From an uncultured Alteromonadaceae bacterium (GTDB lineage Bacteria; Pseudomonadota; Gammaproteobacteria; Pseudomonadales; Halieaceae): DNA of 64,000 nt. The DNA lies in contig CAYPPU010000006.1 of assembly GCA_964412695.1 (NCBI GenBank), forward strand, positions 14,109 through 78,108, written 5' to 3'. Below the pieces are notes generated by a model that saw only the letters and a list, made by a program, of their open reading frames with translations, searched no databases and was not told the DNA's origin. Shown in pieces: positions 40,942 to 51,444 of this stretch (its first letter is position 1; each line of letters opens with the position of its first letter). A program made the position numbers and the translations under genes.

Positions 40942-42126
40942 TTAAAAAGCGGGTATGTCGGTTTGACTCCGTCCTAAAATGAGGGCGTGAATGTCGGCGG
41001 TACCTTCGTAGGTGTTAACAACCTCGAGGTTCATCATGTGGCGCATAACGGGGTATTCGTCGGAGATGCCATTTCCCCCCAACATATCCCGTGCTTTACG
41101 TGCGATGTCTAGGGCTTTGCCGCAGGAGTTGCGCTTGATCAAGCTGATGAGATCGGGTGAGACCTCCCCTGCGGACAACATTTGGCCTGCGCGCAAACAC
41201 CCCTGTAAACCCAGAGCAATATCGGTTTGCATATCGGCGAGTTTGAGTTGGATCAGTTGGTTAGCTGCCAGCGGTTGTCCAAACTGAGTGCGTTCTAGGG
41301 TGTATTGCCTAGCGGTATGCCAGCAGGTTTCAGCAGCACCGAGTGCCCCCCAAGCTATGCCGTAGCGTGCATTATTGAGGCAGCCAAACGGGCCTTTTAA
41401 TCCCTTTACATTAGGAAGCAGGTTTTCCTCCGGAACAAACACGTCATCCATGACAATCTCACCGGTTATTGATGCTCGCAAAGCGAGTTTGCCCTCGATT
41501 TTAGGTGCGCTTAGTCCCGCCATGCCTTTTTCGAGGATGAATCCACGAATAACATCGTCATCGGTTTTAGCCCAGACAACAAAGACATCAGCAATGGGAG
41601 AATTGGAGATCCACATTTTAGCGCCGCTGAGACGGTATCCGCCGTCGGCTTTCCGTGCGCGGGTCACCATGCTGCCGGGATCAGAGCCGTGATCGGGCTC
41701 GGTCAAGCCAAAACAGCCGATCCATTCACCTGTTGCTAACTTCGGTAGGTATTTTTCTCGTTGAGCGTCATTGCCGTAGGCAAAGATGGGGTACATCACT
41801 AGCGACGATTGCACGCTGAGCATTGAGCGATAGCCGGAGTCGACGCGCTCGACCTCACGTGCGACTAGGCCATAGCAGATGTAGTCAACACCCGGGCAGC
41901 CATAGCCATCAATGGTCGAGCCAAGTAGGCCGAGCTCACCCATCTCTCGAAAGATTGAAGGGTCTGTCTGCTCATTTCGAAAAGATTCTTTAACCCGAGG
42001 TAGAAGGGCGGTTTGGGCATACTGCCTCGCGCTGTCGCGGACCATGCGTTGCTCATTGCTAAGCTGTTGGTCCAGCTCAAAGGGATCCTGCCAATTCAGT
42101 TTGCTCCAGCGGGTTTTGGCTACCAT
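40942..42126 (-). CDS. gcdH: Glutaryl-CoA dehydrogenase
   Basis: [44 protein letters not shown]. Confidence 0.93.
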   Translation of the reverse strand: MVAKTRWSKLNWQDPFELDQQLSNEQRMVRDSARQYAQTALLPRVKESFRNEQTDPSIFREMGELGLLGSTIDGYGCPGVDYICYGLVAREVERVDSGYRSMLSVQSSLVMYPIFAYGNDAQREKYLPKLATGEWIGCFGLTEPDHGSDPGSMVTRARKADGGYRLSGAKMWISNSPIADVFVVWAKTDDDVIRGFILEKGMAGLSAPKIEGKLALRASITGEIVMDDVFVPEENLLPNVKGLKGPFGCLNNARYGIAWGALGAAETCWHTARQYTLERTQFGQPLAANQLIQLKLADMQTDIALGLQGCLRAGQMLSAGEVSPDLISLIKRNSCGKALDIARKARDMLGGNGISDEYPVMRHMMNLEVVNTYEGTADIHALILGRSQTDIPAF

Positions 42127-42275
42127 GATCTTTCCTATTTCGAAAATATGATGACAGTCTAAAAGGCTTTTGCGCAGATGCCCCTACCCCTTAGGCGTAC
42201 TGCCAGCGTATCGCCTGACTGCAGCGAGCGCCCCAGTTGGGCGAGAGCAAAGGCGCCCCGATGGCCGGCAACGTA

Positions 42276-43664
42276 CTAATCTAAAATGGCGGGCAGCTCT
42301 TTCCCTAGCGCCATTTTTTCTTTCACCATAGTGCCGGTGAGCGCAAAGCCCAACAGTTGGCCATCTGGCGCGCGGAAGGTGGCTTTCAAATCTGGCGCCT
42401 CACCCTCTATGTGCCAGTCACCTTCGGCATCACGAGGAACGGCGGCAACATTCACTGGGCAGGCGGGTGTCTTAACGCCTACGGGCATCCCTGGATAGAT
42501 CACAGCGGTCTCAGTCCCGGTTAGTGTGGCGCCCAATGCGCGCGCGGCTGCGCTTAAGGGCGCTACGTACACCAACACATTGCCCTCGACTTCGGCGCAA
42601 TCTCCCAGGGTATAAATATTGGGATCGCTGGTTCGTAGGAAACGATCCGCCTTAATACCGCGACCGCAGTCAAGTCCCGATGCTTGCGCTAGCTCGGTAC
42701 GAGGGCGAACGCCAATGGCAGAGAGCACAATATCGGCATCAATGTGGCCGCCGTTGTTCAGCGTTACTCGATAGCCCTCGCCAAGACGGTTCACTTCTGT
42801 TGCCAATGGACCAAAGTGGAACTGCGCGCCCATATTTTCGAGCGCAGATTGCACTGCCCGTCCACAAGCTTCAGGTAGAAGTGTGGGTAGGCACCAACCC
42901 ATGGGATCAACCGATTCGGTTTGGTAGCCGCCGTTGAGTAAGTCGTTGGTGAATTCACAGCCGATGAGACCCGCTCCAATGATGGCCACCTTCTTCACAT
43001 TGCGTTCAGTAACCGCGGTTTGAAAACGAGCATAGTCATCTAGGTCATTGACGCTATAGACGTCATCGGCGGCATCCCCGCCCATAGGAGGGCGAATGAC
43101 CTCAGCGCCCAGCGCCAAAACAAGGTCATCGTAAGTGATTTTCTCGCCAGCTTCTGTGGTGACGCACTTGGCTGCGGCGTCAATGGAGGCCACACGCGTG
43201 CGGGTTTTAACGTTAAGCGAGAGCTGCTCAGCAATTTGATCCGCGGATTGAATCGCTAACTTTTCTACTGACAACTGCTTGGTATAACCGGTAGATAGCA
43301 AAGGCTTAGAGTAGACCTCGCCACCGTCCGCGGTGATAAGGGTAATGTCAGTATCATCGGAGTGCTTGCGAATTTCCCGCGCCAATCCATAGCCTGCTAA
43401 ACCAGACCCTACAATGATCACACGGTGGCCGGCATCGGCCGTATGCTCCGCTGCAGCGGGTTGGTCGTTGGCATCAGCCGCGGGCATTTCATCGTCTTCA
43501 CTGCCGGGCAGTAGTTCGAAATCGGCTTTGCCGACCCCACAGTCGGGGCACAACCAGTCAGCGGGGACATCCTCCCAGCGCGTACCAGGGGGGATGCCAT
43601 CATCGGGCCAGCCTTCGCGTTCGTCATAAATGAGGCCGCAGACAATACATTCCCAACGCGCCAT
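42276..43664 (-). CDS. Rubredoxin fused to NAD(P)H:rubredoxin reductase
   Basis: CIVCG...WLCPDCG rubredoxin (aa 1-51), Ala/Asp linker, then IVGSGLAG FAD motif, YSKPLLS, IIGAGLIGCEF, GDCAE. Confidence 0.92.
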   Translation of the reverse strand: MARWECIVCGLIYDEREGWPDDGIPPGTRWEDVPADWLCPDCGVGKADFELLPGSEDDEMPAADANDQPAAAEHTADAGHRVIIVGSGLAGYGLAREIRKHSDDTDITLITADGGEVYSKPLLSTGYTKQLSVEKLAIQSADQIAEQLSLNVKTRTRVASIDAAAKCVTTEAGEKITYDDLVLALGAEVIRPPMGGDAADDVYSVNDLDDYARFQTAVTERNVKKVAIIGAGLIGCEFTNDLLNGGYQTESVDPMGWCLPTLLPEACGRAVQSALENMGAQFHFGPLATEVNRLGEGYRVTLNNGGHIDADIVLSAIGVRPRTELAQASGLDCGRGIKADRFLRTSDPNIYTLGDCAEVEGNVLVYVAPLSAAARALGATLTGTETAVIYPGMPVGVKTPACPVNVAAVPRDAEGDWHIEGEAPDLKATFRAPDGQLLGFALTGTMVKEKMALGKELPAILD

Positions 43665-43785
43665 GGTGATCTCCTAAGGTTATCTGGTTGCCGTTCCGAG
43701 TCGTTTGTCGCTGCTAATTGCAACGCAAACGAGGGGATTCCCGAGTGTTCGTGCTGAAGTAGTTCAAGCGGCCGCAAGTATGCAT

Positions 43786-43833
43786 AAAATTCAGGCTAAG
43801 ATCATCCCGCAATGGGCCTAAACTTAGGCTGAA
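43786..43833 (-). terminator. Possible intrinsic terminator after the antiporter gene
   Basis: Minus-strand inverted repeat TTCAGCCTAAG...CTTAGCCTGAA (one mismatch) followed by TTTTA, immediately after the stop codon. The U-tract is short. Confidence 0.4.
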
Positions 43834-45003
43834 TCAATCTCGACGAAGTGCTTCTTTAATAGCTATAGGGGTGGGGAAATTCATTACCACGATATAGCTT
43901 GAGGCCAATAGCGTCAGAATGGTGGTGGCCTGAATCAGCGTGCCGGCAGTTTGGCCAAGCAGCCCCGCTTCCAAGGCAACAACACCGATGAGTAGTGCGA
44001 ATTCACTGCATTGACCCAGTCGAAATCCTAGGTTCCATGCCAGTGAATGGGATTCGCTGACCCTGCGCAGCAGTGCGTGGTAGATCGCTGGCTTCAGCAC
44101 CAGCAATGTCACGGCCAAGGTCATGGCGGCGAAGGCGACCTCGGGGAGGGCCTGAAGATCGATTTGCGCCCCAACAGAGAAAAAGAAAACCACCAGAAAA
44201 AAGTCCCTGAGTGGCTTAAGACTGACCGCAATGTACTGGGCAATCGGGCTCGTCGCTACCGCGATACCCGCCATAAACGCCCCAATTTCCGCCGACAATC
44301 CAATTTTGGCGGCTAACTCGGCAATGCCCAGGCACCAGCCGATGGACAGTAGAAAGATGTATTCGTGAAATCGATCAAAGCGCGTTATCAGTGGTAGCAA
44401 TACCCAGCGCACCAGAGCCCAGCACAATACGCCCAAGCAGGGCAGCAGTAGCAGTGGTGCTGCGAGCGCCTCGAGGCTGATGCTACCTCCTTCAGCTGAC
44501 TGCAGAACCACCAGCAGAATAATAGCTAGTACATCCTGAAACAGCAGTAGCGCTACCAATACCTCGCCAAGGTGGCGGTGGTGCAAGACCGTGGTGGGCA
44601 GCAGCTTGATGCCAATGATAGTGGAGGAAAACATCAGAGCGGCACCGATTAGCAGTGCGTCGGTATGATGAAAACCAAAGCCCCGAGCAATGCCGTAAGC
44701 GATGGCGGTGAAGCTCAGGGAGCTGATGATGGCCACCAGCGAGGAGGCTTTAAGGCTGTCGATGAGCGCTCGGGGCTTCATATCCAAGCCCAGCAAGTAC
44801 AGCAAGAAGATAATGCCGACGTGGCCGGCGTCGGCTACCAACCGGGTGTCACTGAGGATATTGCTGCCGTGGGGTCCCAGCAAAGCGCCGAGCGCGATAT
44901 AGGCAATAATGATGGGTTGGCGGGTATAGAGCGCTACTGATGCCATAACGGCAGCGCCCAGAAAGATAGCGGCAAACGTGAATGTTATGCCGCCTTCAAT
45001 CAT
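43834..45003 (-). CDS. Cation:proton antiporter (CPA2/Kef-like, no TrkA domain)
   Basis: About 12 TM helices, FSST, LLFQD, PLRDFF, LGQCSEF. Confidence 0.9.
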   Translation of the reverse strand: MIEGGITFTFAAIFLGAAVMASVALYTRQPIIIAYIALGALLGPHGSNILSDTRLVADAGHVGIIFLLYLLGLDMKPRALIDSLKASSLVAIISSLSFTAIAYGIARGFGFHHTDALLIGAALMFSSTIIGIKLLPTTVLHHRHLGEVLVALLLFQDVLAIILLVVLQSAEGGSISLEALAAPLLLLPCLGVLCWALVRWVLLPLITRFDRFHEYIFLLSIGWCLGIAELAAKIGLSAEIGAFMAGIAVATSPIAQYIAVSLKPLRDFFLVVFFFSVGAQIDLQALPEVAFAAMTLAVTLLVLKPAIYHALLRRVSESHSLAWNLGFRLGQCSEFALLIGVVALEAGLLGQTAGTLIQATTILTLLASSYIVVMNFPTPIAIKEALRRD

Positions 45004-45007
45004 GGAG

Positions 45008-45454
45008 TTACCTCGTGTGCAATGCTACCGGCCGTTTCTCGCGGTCGCTCGGTTGATAGCTGACAGTAATTTCGTACAGGCTTTTGATCGCCGCTTCAAT
45101 GCCGGTATTTTCCGGTAGGTCGAAGCTATCAAAGCCACAGCGTTGTAAAAATTGTAACTGATCACGAATGATACGTCCTGTGGCGCGTAGCTCGGCGCTG
45201 TAGCCAGCCTGACGCAGGGTGCGGGCTATGGAGAACCCTCGACCGTCGGTACTATCACGAAAGTCGATGGCTATTAGATCCAAGGCACAAAGGTGCGGCA
45301 GTAGAGCGGTGTAGTTACTATCGCCGTCAAGACAAACGCCGGCGCCCTGATGAGATTGGGCAAGCCAGTCATCGAGCGTTGGTAGATCAGCAGTCTCGAG
45401 TCGGCTGTCGTTGGCTGACGTGACTGTGGGCGTTTCAAACTGTTGCTGTTGCAT
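45008..45454 (-). CDS. DUF934 family protein (CysI-associated)
   Basis: IAIDF..STDGRGFSIARTLR, ELRATG, DQLQFLQRCGFDSF, SYQP. Start ATG at 45454 overlaps the cysI end. Confidence 0.9.
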   Translation of the reverse strand: MQQQQFETPTVTSANDSRLETADLPTLDDWLAQSHQGAGVCLDGDSNYTALLPHLCALDLIAIDFRDSTDGRGFSIARTLRQAGYSAELRATGRIIRDQLQFLQRCGFDSFDLPENTGIEAAIKSLYEITVSYQPSDREKRPVALHTR

Positions 45455-47084
45455 AGACCGCTTCCTTGAAGGGTTCAATTCCAATTCGATGGCAGGTGTC
45501 AATGAATAGCTCTTCCTCCGAGCGATTCGACACATAGGTGTTTAATATTTTTCCAATAACCTCAGGTATGGCTTCAGCCTTGAATGAGGGGCCCAGAATT
45601 TTGCCGATTTGCGCAGCATCGGCCTGTTTGCCGCCGAGAGATACCTGGAAAAATTCTTCGCCTTTCTTGTCGACACCTAAAATGCCAATGTGGCCGATGT
45701 GGTGATGACCACAGGCGTTCATGCAGCCCGAGATATTGAGTTCGATCGGGCCCAGATCGTGCAAGTAATCCAGGTCTTCAAAGCGTTCACTGATTGCTGC
45801 GGCCACGGGTATGGAGCGCGCGTTAGCCAGGCTGCAGTAGTCACCACCCGGACAGCAAATCAAGTCAGTGAGATAGCCGCCATGCGCCCGAGCTAGACCG
45901 GCAGCCTGCAGCGTTTGCCAGACTTGGTACAAGGCAGATTCAGGTATGTCCGCGAGGACCATATTTTGATAATGGCTGTTGCGAACCTCGCCAAAGCTAA
46001 ACTTTTCCGCTAGGTCAGCCATCACCTCGAGCTGCTCTGCGGTGATATCACCGGGAGCCAGACCATGACTTTTTAAAACGACTGTGACAGCGCGATAGCC
46101 AGGTTGTTTGTGGTCGTGGGTATTTCGCTCGAGCCAGCGCTGGTACAGAGGATCTCGCTCGGCACCTTGTTCAGGTGTGGGTTGTTTGATGTACGGCAAG
46201 GTGGAGAAGTGCGATCTGGCTTCGTTGAGTTGGTCCTCAGAGAGGGTTAGGTCACCGTCTCTCAACGGTTCCCACTCTCTGTGCACTGCCTCGCGGAATG
46301 CCGCTACACCCATGGCGCGTACCAAAATTTTAATGCGCGCTTTGTATTTGTTGTCGCGGCGGCCTAGAAGGTTGTAGACCCGCAGAATGGCCTCTAGGTA
46401 ACTCAGTAGATGTTCTATGGGCAAGAACTCTTCTATGCACTCGCCAATCACCGGGGTCCGTCCCAAACCGCCACCCACCAGCACCCGCACACCCAGCTTG
46501 CCGGCGTCGTTGTGACGGAGCGCCAACCCAACATCGTGCGCATAAATGGCGGCTCGGTCGTGGTCGCTACCGCACACGGCAATTTTAAATTTGCGCGGTA
46601 GGTAGGCGAACTCTGGGTGTAAGGTAGACCACTGACGGATGAGTTCGCAGTAGGGGCGGGGGTCTTCTATTTCATCGGGTGCCACACCGGCGAATACGTC
46701 AGTCGTGGTGTTGCGGATACAGTTGCCGCTCGTTTGTATGCAGTGCATGTCCACTTCAGCCAGTTCCGCTAGCAGATCGGGGACTTGATCTAGAGCGGGC
46801 CAATTGAGTTGGAAGTTTTGACGGGTGCTAACGTGGGCGTAGCCGCGATCGTAGCGGCGTGTAATATCGGCGATCTTGCGCAGTTGAGTAGCGCTAACCA
46901 GGCCGTATGGCACGGCAATTCGCAGCATGGGCGCTTGACGCTGAATGTACAGGCCATTTTGCAACCGCAGAGGACGAAAGCTATCCTCGTCCAGCTCCCC
47001 GGCCAAGTAACGAGCAACCTGATCTTTGAATTGTGCCACGCGATCCTGCAATAACTGCCGATCAACGTCGTTGTAGGTGTACAA
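45435..47084 (-). CDS. cysI: Sulfite reductase hemoprotein (Pseudomonas-type CysI)
   Basis: RLQNGLYIQR, TRQNFQLNW, TSGNCIRN, LPRKFKIA, siroheme/4Fe-4S ligands CCPGGDYC and ISGCMNACG. TTG start. Confidence 0.93.
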   Translation of the reverse strand: MYTYNDVDRQLLQDRVAQFKDQVARYLAGELDEDSFRPLRLQNGLYIQRQAPMLRIAVPYGLVSATQLRKIADITRRYDRGYAHVSTRQNFQLNWPALDQVPDLLAELAEVDMHCIQTSGNCIRNTTTDVFAGVAPDEIEDPRPYCELIRQWSTLHPEFAYLPRKFKIAVCGSDHDRAAIYAHDVGLALRHNDAGKLGVRVLVGGGLGRTPVIGECIEEFLPIEHLLSYLEAILRVYNLLGRRDNKYKARIKILVRAMGVAAFREAVHREWEPLRDGDLTLSEDQLNEARSHFSTLPYIKQPTPEQGAERDPLYQRWLERNTHDHKQPGYRAVTVVLKSHGLAPGDITAEQLEVMADLAEKFSFGEVRNSHYQNMVLADIPESALYQVWQTLQAAGLARAHGGYLTDLICCPGGDYCSLANARSIPVAAAISERFEDLDYLHDLGPIELNISGCMNACGHHHIGHIGILGVDKKGEEFFQVSLGGKQADAAQIGKILGPSFKAEAIPEVIGKILNTYVSNRSEEELFIDTCHRIGIEPFKEAVYATATV

Positions 47085-47180
47085 TGCCGCCTCGATAAAA
47101 ACCTTTGATTTTCGGTGCGCTTTATTTCACACTGCGCGCGGTTTTTATATAGCTAGATTAGATTATTTTGGAGGCGCTAT

Positions 47181-47291
47181 ATGGCTAAAAGCAATATGAC
47201 AGACGGGGCAGCAGATACCATGGCAGCAGCCATCTTGTTGACCGTCGCTGTAACTTGGATGTACCTCTGGCTATCCAGCTTACCGGCTTGA
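47181..47291 (+). CDS. Small (36 aa) putative single-pass membrane protein, absent from the ORF track
   Basis: GGAGG SD 6 nt before ATG at 47181. MAKSNMTDGAADTMAAAILLTVAVTWMYLWLSSLPA* with a ~20-residue hydrophobic stretch. Confidence 0.7.
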   Translation: MAKSNMTDGAADTMAAAILLTVAVTWMYLWLSSLPA

Positions 47292-47326
47292 GGTAGTGAC
47301 CTGCGCTTGGGATCTGGCGGGGCGTT

Positions 47327-47563
47327 TTAGCGTCCCGCTAGAACCAATTGCACTACGGTAAATACCGTGCCGATAAATAGCGCTGTAAATACGATGCCGG
47401 CGACGATAAAGGTGCCTGCACGTCCATTTTTGAAATCTCGCTCGCGATTTTCGGCGCTTTGCACGCCCAGTGCGGCCGCCGCCACGCTCTGAAGTAAATC
47501 GCGTATACCCACTGAGGGTGCGGGTTGTGGTTTTCGGGTATTCATTTCTAAGTTGGCGGACAT
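47327..47563 (-). CDS. DUF2970 family small membrane protein
   Basis: SVAAAALGVQSAENRERDF followed by a TM helix. Downstream of metH. Confidence 0.88.
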   Translation of the reverse strand: MSANLEMNTRKPQPAPSVGIRDLLQSVAAAALGVQSAENRERDFKNGRAGTFIVAGIVFTALFIGTVFTVVQLVLAGR

Positions 47564-47637
47564 TTCCAGTAATCCTGATTCAACGCAGATGCTGCATTGT
47601 ACTGCCTTGCGGCTAAAAGTCTACTTTTAAATATCTC

Positions 47638-50600
47638 TTATGCCAGGTTAGGACTTAGCCAGCGTTCCAGTTCGGTTTCGGACATACCCTTGCGTGCCGC
47701 CATGTCCTGTAATTGATCGCTACCAATCTTACCCACTGAGAAATACCGCGCCTCGGGGTGTGCGAAATACAGCCCGCTAACCGAGGCGGCAGGCTCCATC
47801 GCCATACTCTCGGTAAGTTGAATACCGCAATGCGTCTCTGCCTCCAGCAAGGCGAGTAGTGTGCTCTTCTCAGTGTGATCGGGGCAGGCCGGATAACCCG
47901 GGGCGGGTCGAATCCCACGATAGCGTTCCCGTATCAGTTCTTCGTTGCTAAGATTTTCGTCCTGCGCATAACCCCAAAATTCTGTCCTTACCCGGCGATG
48001 CAGATGCTCGGCGAGGGCTTCAGCGAGACGGTCAGCTAGCGACTTTAAGAGAATCGCGTTGTAGTCATCATGCGCGGCTTCAAAGGCCGCCACCCGCTCG
48101 GCAACACCGTGGCCCGTGGTGACACAGAAGCCGCCCACCCAATCATCGGGACCACCTTTAGGGGCGACAAAATCGGCGAGCGAGAGATTGGGTTCGCCTT
48201 CCCGCTTAATCAGCTGTTGTCGCAGTTGGTGCAAAGTGGCTAGTGGCTGATCCTGGTCATCTAGCAATTGGATATCATCTCCACCAGATTGCGAGGCGCG
48301 CCAAAAGCCCACGCTGGCCCTCGCCTCGATCCAGTTCTCATCGATGATGCGACGTAACATGGTTTGCGCGTCATTAAACAGGGCCCGAGCCTGCTCGCCT
48401 ACTATGGCATCGTCGAGGATGGCTGGGTATTTGCCGTGCAGATCCCAGGTGATAAAGAACGGTGTCCAGTCGATGGTTTCTAGTAAATTTTCAATAGGGT
48501 AGTGATCAAAGTGACGCAGCCCGGTGAACAGCGGTTTGGGTGGGTGGTATTGAGTCCAGTCTGGATTGAAGCGCTGGGCGACGGCGTCTTTGTAGGCCAA
48601 GAGCGCGCTGTGTGACCCCCGGGCCTCTACACGCGTTTTGATTTCATGGTATTCGGCGCGCAGGGACTGACCGAAAGCTTGGGCGTTATCGCCAAGAAGT
48701 CGACTGGCCACCGAGACGCTACGCGAGGCATCGGGCACATAAACCACGGTATTGTTTGTGTAGGCAGGGGCAATTTTTACCGCGGTGTGCGCTTTCGAGG
48801 TGGTAGCACCACCAATCATGAGTGGTACCGTGAAGCCCAAGCGTTGCATCTCGCTGGCGACATGTGCCATTTCCTCTAGCGAGGGAGTAATCAGGCCGCT
48901 TAGGCCGATAATGTCCACGTCTTCTTCTTTTGCTACACGCAGGATCTCATCGCAATGCACCATGACACCGAGGTCAATGATTTCATAGTTGTTGCATTGT
49001 AAAACGATGCCTACGATGTTCTTACCGATGTCGTGGACATCACCCTTTACTGTGGCGAGCAAAATTTTGCCATTATTGCCGGCGGCGGCCTGCTTCTCTT
49101 CCTCAATGTAGGGCTGCAAGAATGCTACGGCTTGCTTCATGACGCGTGCGGATTTCACCACCTGGGGTAAAAACATTTTGCCCTCGGCGAATAGGTCGCC
49201 AACGGTATTCATGCCGGCCATGAGTGGGCCTTCAATCACCTCGATGGGACGATCTGCAGCTTGTCGAGCTTCTTCGGTATCAACCTCAATGAATTCAGTG
49301 ATGCCTTTAACTAGCGCATATTCCAGCCGCTGAACCACGGGTTGCTCGCGCCAGCTGAGGTCGACTTTGCGCGCGGTGTCGTTCCCGGTTTCTCGATAGC
49401 GCTCAGCAAGCTCGAGCAGATTTTCGGTTGCCTCGGCGTGGCGGTTTAGTACCACATCTTCGACAGCATTTCGCAAGTCATCGGGGATGTCGTCATAGAG
49501 GGCCAGTTGACCCGCATTGACGATAGCCATATCCAGACCCGCGGCGATGGCGTGATACAAAAACACTGAGTGAATAGCTTCGCGTACCGTATTGTTGCCT
49601 CTAAACGAGAACGATACGTTCGACACGCCGCCCGAGACGCGCGCCCCGGGCAGCTCGGTTTTGATGAAGCGCACCGACTCGATGAAGTCGACGGCATAGT
49701 TGTTATGCGCTTCAATGCCCGTAGCGATGGCAAAGATGTTGGGGTCGAAAATAATATCTTGTGGGGCGAAGCCGACCTCTTCGACTAAGAGTTGATAACT
49801 GCGCTGACAAATCTCTCGGCGGCGCTCCAGATTGTCTGCCTGACCATTCTCATCAAAGGCCATCACGACCACGGCGGCGCCGTAGCGCTGGCACAAGCGT
49901 GCCTGTGTTAAAAACTCCTCTTCCCCAGCCTTCAGGCTAATGGAATTAACAATGGCCTTGCCTTGAATGCACTTCAGGCCCGCCTCAATGACCGACCATT
50001 TGGAGGAGTCCACCATGAAGGGTACGCGGGCTATTTCCGGTTCTGCCGCCGCCATACGCAGAAACGTAGTCATGGCCTCCTCGGCGTCTAACATGCCTTC
50101 GTCCATGTTCACGTCAAGAATTTGCGCGCCGTCTTCGATCTGCAGTCGAGCAACATCCAACGCGGTGGTGTAATCGCCATCTAGGATCAGACGTTTGAAG
50201 CGCGCTGAACCAGTGACATTGCAGCGCTCCCCAACATTGATGAAGTTTTTCCCCTCGAACTGAAAGGGTTCTAGGCCACTTAACCAGGTGTCATGGCTTT
50301 TTGCAGGCGGTACACGCGGCGTCTTGTCAGCCACGGCTTCCGCAATGGCCTTTATGTGGGCCGGCGTTGTACCACAGCAGCCGCCGGCAATATTGAGGTA
50401 ACCGCGTGCGGCAAAATCAGCAAATTCGGCGCGCATGTCTTGGGGCGTTTCATCGTATTCACCATAGGCATTGGGTAGGCCGGCGTTCAAATGGGCACTG
50501 AAATAGCAGGGCGCACAATCGGCGAGTTCCTCGAGAAACGGTTCGACTTCTTGGAAGCGCCTGCCACAGTTACTGCCCACAATGAGTGGTTGTGCATGGG

Positions 50601-51327
50601 CGATAGAGTGCCAAAACGCTTCGCCAGTCTGGCCAGACAGAATACGGCCGCTGATGTCCGGGAAAGTCACAGAAAGCATCATCGGCACTCGAATGCCTGT
50701 TTGTGCCATAGCATCCTGCGTAGCGGCAATTGCGGCCTTGGCGTTGAGCGTGTCAAAAATGGTTTCTATGGCGATGAGATCGACGCCCCCTTCCAAAAGG
50801 GCAACAGTGGCGGCGCAGTAGTCTGCTGTTAGGGTATCGAAATCAATGTTGCGCGCGGCGGGGTCGTTCACGTCTGGGGAAATAGAGGCAGTCCGCGGCG
50901 TCGGACCAAGGATGCCGCAAACAAAACGGGGTTTGTCAGGAGTCTGGGCTGTTAGTTCGTCGGCAATTTGCCGAGCAAGGGTGGCACCCGCGGTATTTAA
51001 CTCCACCGCCAGCGATTCAAGCCCGTAGTCGGCTTGGGCGGTTTTCGTGGCGTTGAAAGTGTTAGTACAGATAATGTCGGCACCGGCCTCCAAGTAAGCG
51101 CGGTGAATATCGGCAATGACATCGGGGCGGGTGAGGTTGAGTAGGTCATTGTTGCCTTTGAGCTCACTCCGATGATCAGTGAAGCGATTTCCTCGGAAAT
51201 CTGCCTCCGTCAGCGCATGCTCCTGGATCATGGTACCCATGGCGCCATCAATGATAACGATACGCTGCTCGAGCGCACGCAACAAAGCACCGGCACCCGG
51301 TTTGGTATAGAAGGTTTCTTGGGGCAT
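47638..51327 (-). CDS. metH: Cobalamin-dependent methionine synthase
   Basis: [36 protein letters not shown] (B12-binding His), [12 protein letters not shown]. Start at 51327 or 51357. Confidence 0.98.
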   Translation of the reverse strand: MPQETFYTKPGAGALLRALEQRIVIIDGAMGTMIQEHALTEADFRGNRFTDHRSELKGNNDLLNLTRPDVIADIHRAYLEAGADIICTNTFNATKTAQADYGLESLAVELNTAGATLARQIADELTAQTPDKPRFVCGILGPTPRTASISPDVNDPAARNIDFDTLTADYCAATVALLEGGVDLIAIETIFDTLNAKAAIAATQDAMAQTGIRVPMMLSVTFPDISGRILSGQTGEAFWHSIAHAQPLIVGSNCGRRFQEVEPFLEELADCAPCYFSAHLNAGLPNAYGEYDETPQDMRAEFADFAARGYLNIAGGCCGTTPAHIKAIAEAVADKTPRVPPAKSHDTWLSGLEPFQFEGKNFINVGERCNVTGSARFKRLILDGDYTTALDVARLQIEDGAQILDVNMDEGMLDAEEAMTTFLRMAAAEPEIARVPFMVDSSKWSVIEAGLKCIQGKAIVNSISLKAGEEEFLTQARLCQRYGAAVVVMAFDENGQADNLERRREICQRSYQLLVEEVGFAPQDIIFDPNIFAIATGIEAHNNYAVDFIESVRFIKTELPGARVSGGVSNVSFSFRGNNTVREAIHSVFLYHAIAAGLDMAIVNAGQLALYDDIPDDLRNAVEDVVLNRHAEATENLLELAERYRETGNDTARKVDLSWREQPVVQRLEYALVKGITEFIEVDTEEARQAADRPIEVIEGPLMAGMNTVGDLFAEGKMFLPQVVKSARVMKQAVAFLQPYIEEEKQAAAGNNGKILLATVKGDVHDIGKNIVGIVLQCNNYEIIDLGVMVHCDEILRVAKEEDVDIIGLSGLITPSLEEMAHVASEMQRLGFTVPLMIGGATTSKAHTAVKIAPAYTNNTVVYVPDASRSVSVASRLLGDNAQAFGQSLRAEYHEIKTRVEARGSHSALLAYKDAVAQRFNPDWTQYHPPKPLFTGLRHFDHYPIENLLETIDWTPFFITWDLHGKYPAILDDAIVGEQARALFNDAQTMLRRIIDENWIEARASVGFWRASQSGGDDIQLLDDQDQPLATLHQLRQQLIKREGEPNLSLADFVAPKGGPDDWVGGFCVTTGHGVAERVAAFEAAHDDYNAILLKSLADRLAEALAEHLHRRVRTEFWGYAQDENLSNEELIRERYRGIRPAPGYPACPDHTEKSTLLALLEAETHCGIQLTESMAMEPAASVSGLYFAHPEARYFSVGKIGSDQLQDMAARKGMSETELERWLSPNLA

Positions 51328-51360
51328 TACTTGGTCGTCTAAATACTGTCCAGTCATTCT

Positions 51361-51376
51361 ATCAAAATATTTTGAT
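51361..51376. promoter_or_regulatory. SahR-like operator palindrome upstream of metH
   Basis: Perfect 16-bp palindrome ATCAAAATATTTTGAT (ATCAA-N6-TTGAT), the core I recall for SahR boxes, directly upstream of metH. Confidence 0.65.
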
Positions 51377-51398
51377 TAATGAACATTCGGCGAATGTG

Positions 51399-51423
51399 TT
51401 AACCTACCGCGACACTCAGGTAT
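51399..51423 (+). promoter_or_regulatory. Candidate IscR type-1-like site upstream of nfuA
   Basis: TTAACCTACCGCGACACTCAGGTAT. The right half matches YA(G/C)TCRRSTAT and the left half is degenerate. Confidence 0.35.
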
Positions 51424-51444
51424 TGCGTCGGAGCACGGATTTCC

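Noticed and set aside
51328-51444. Cobalamin or SAM/SAH riboswitch upstream of metH
   Set aside because: The region is too short for a B12 element and lacks recognisable aptamer motifs. DNA palindromes explain it better.
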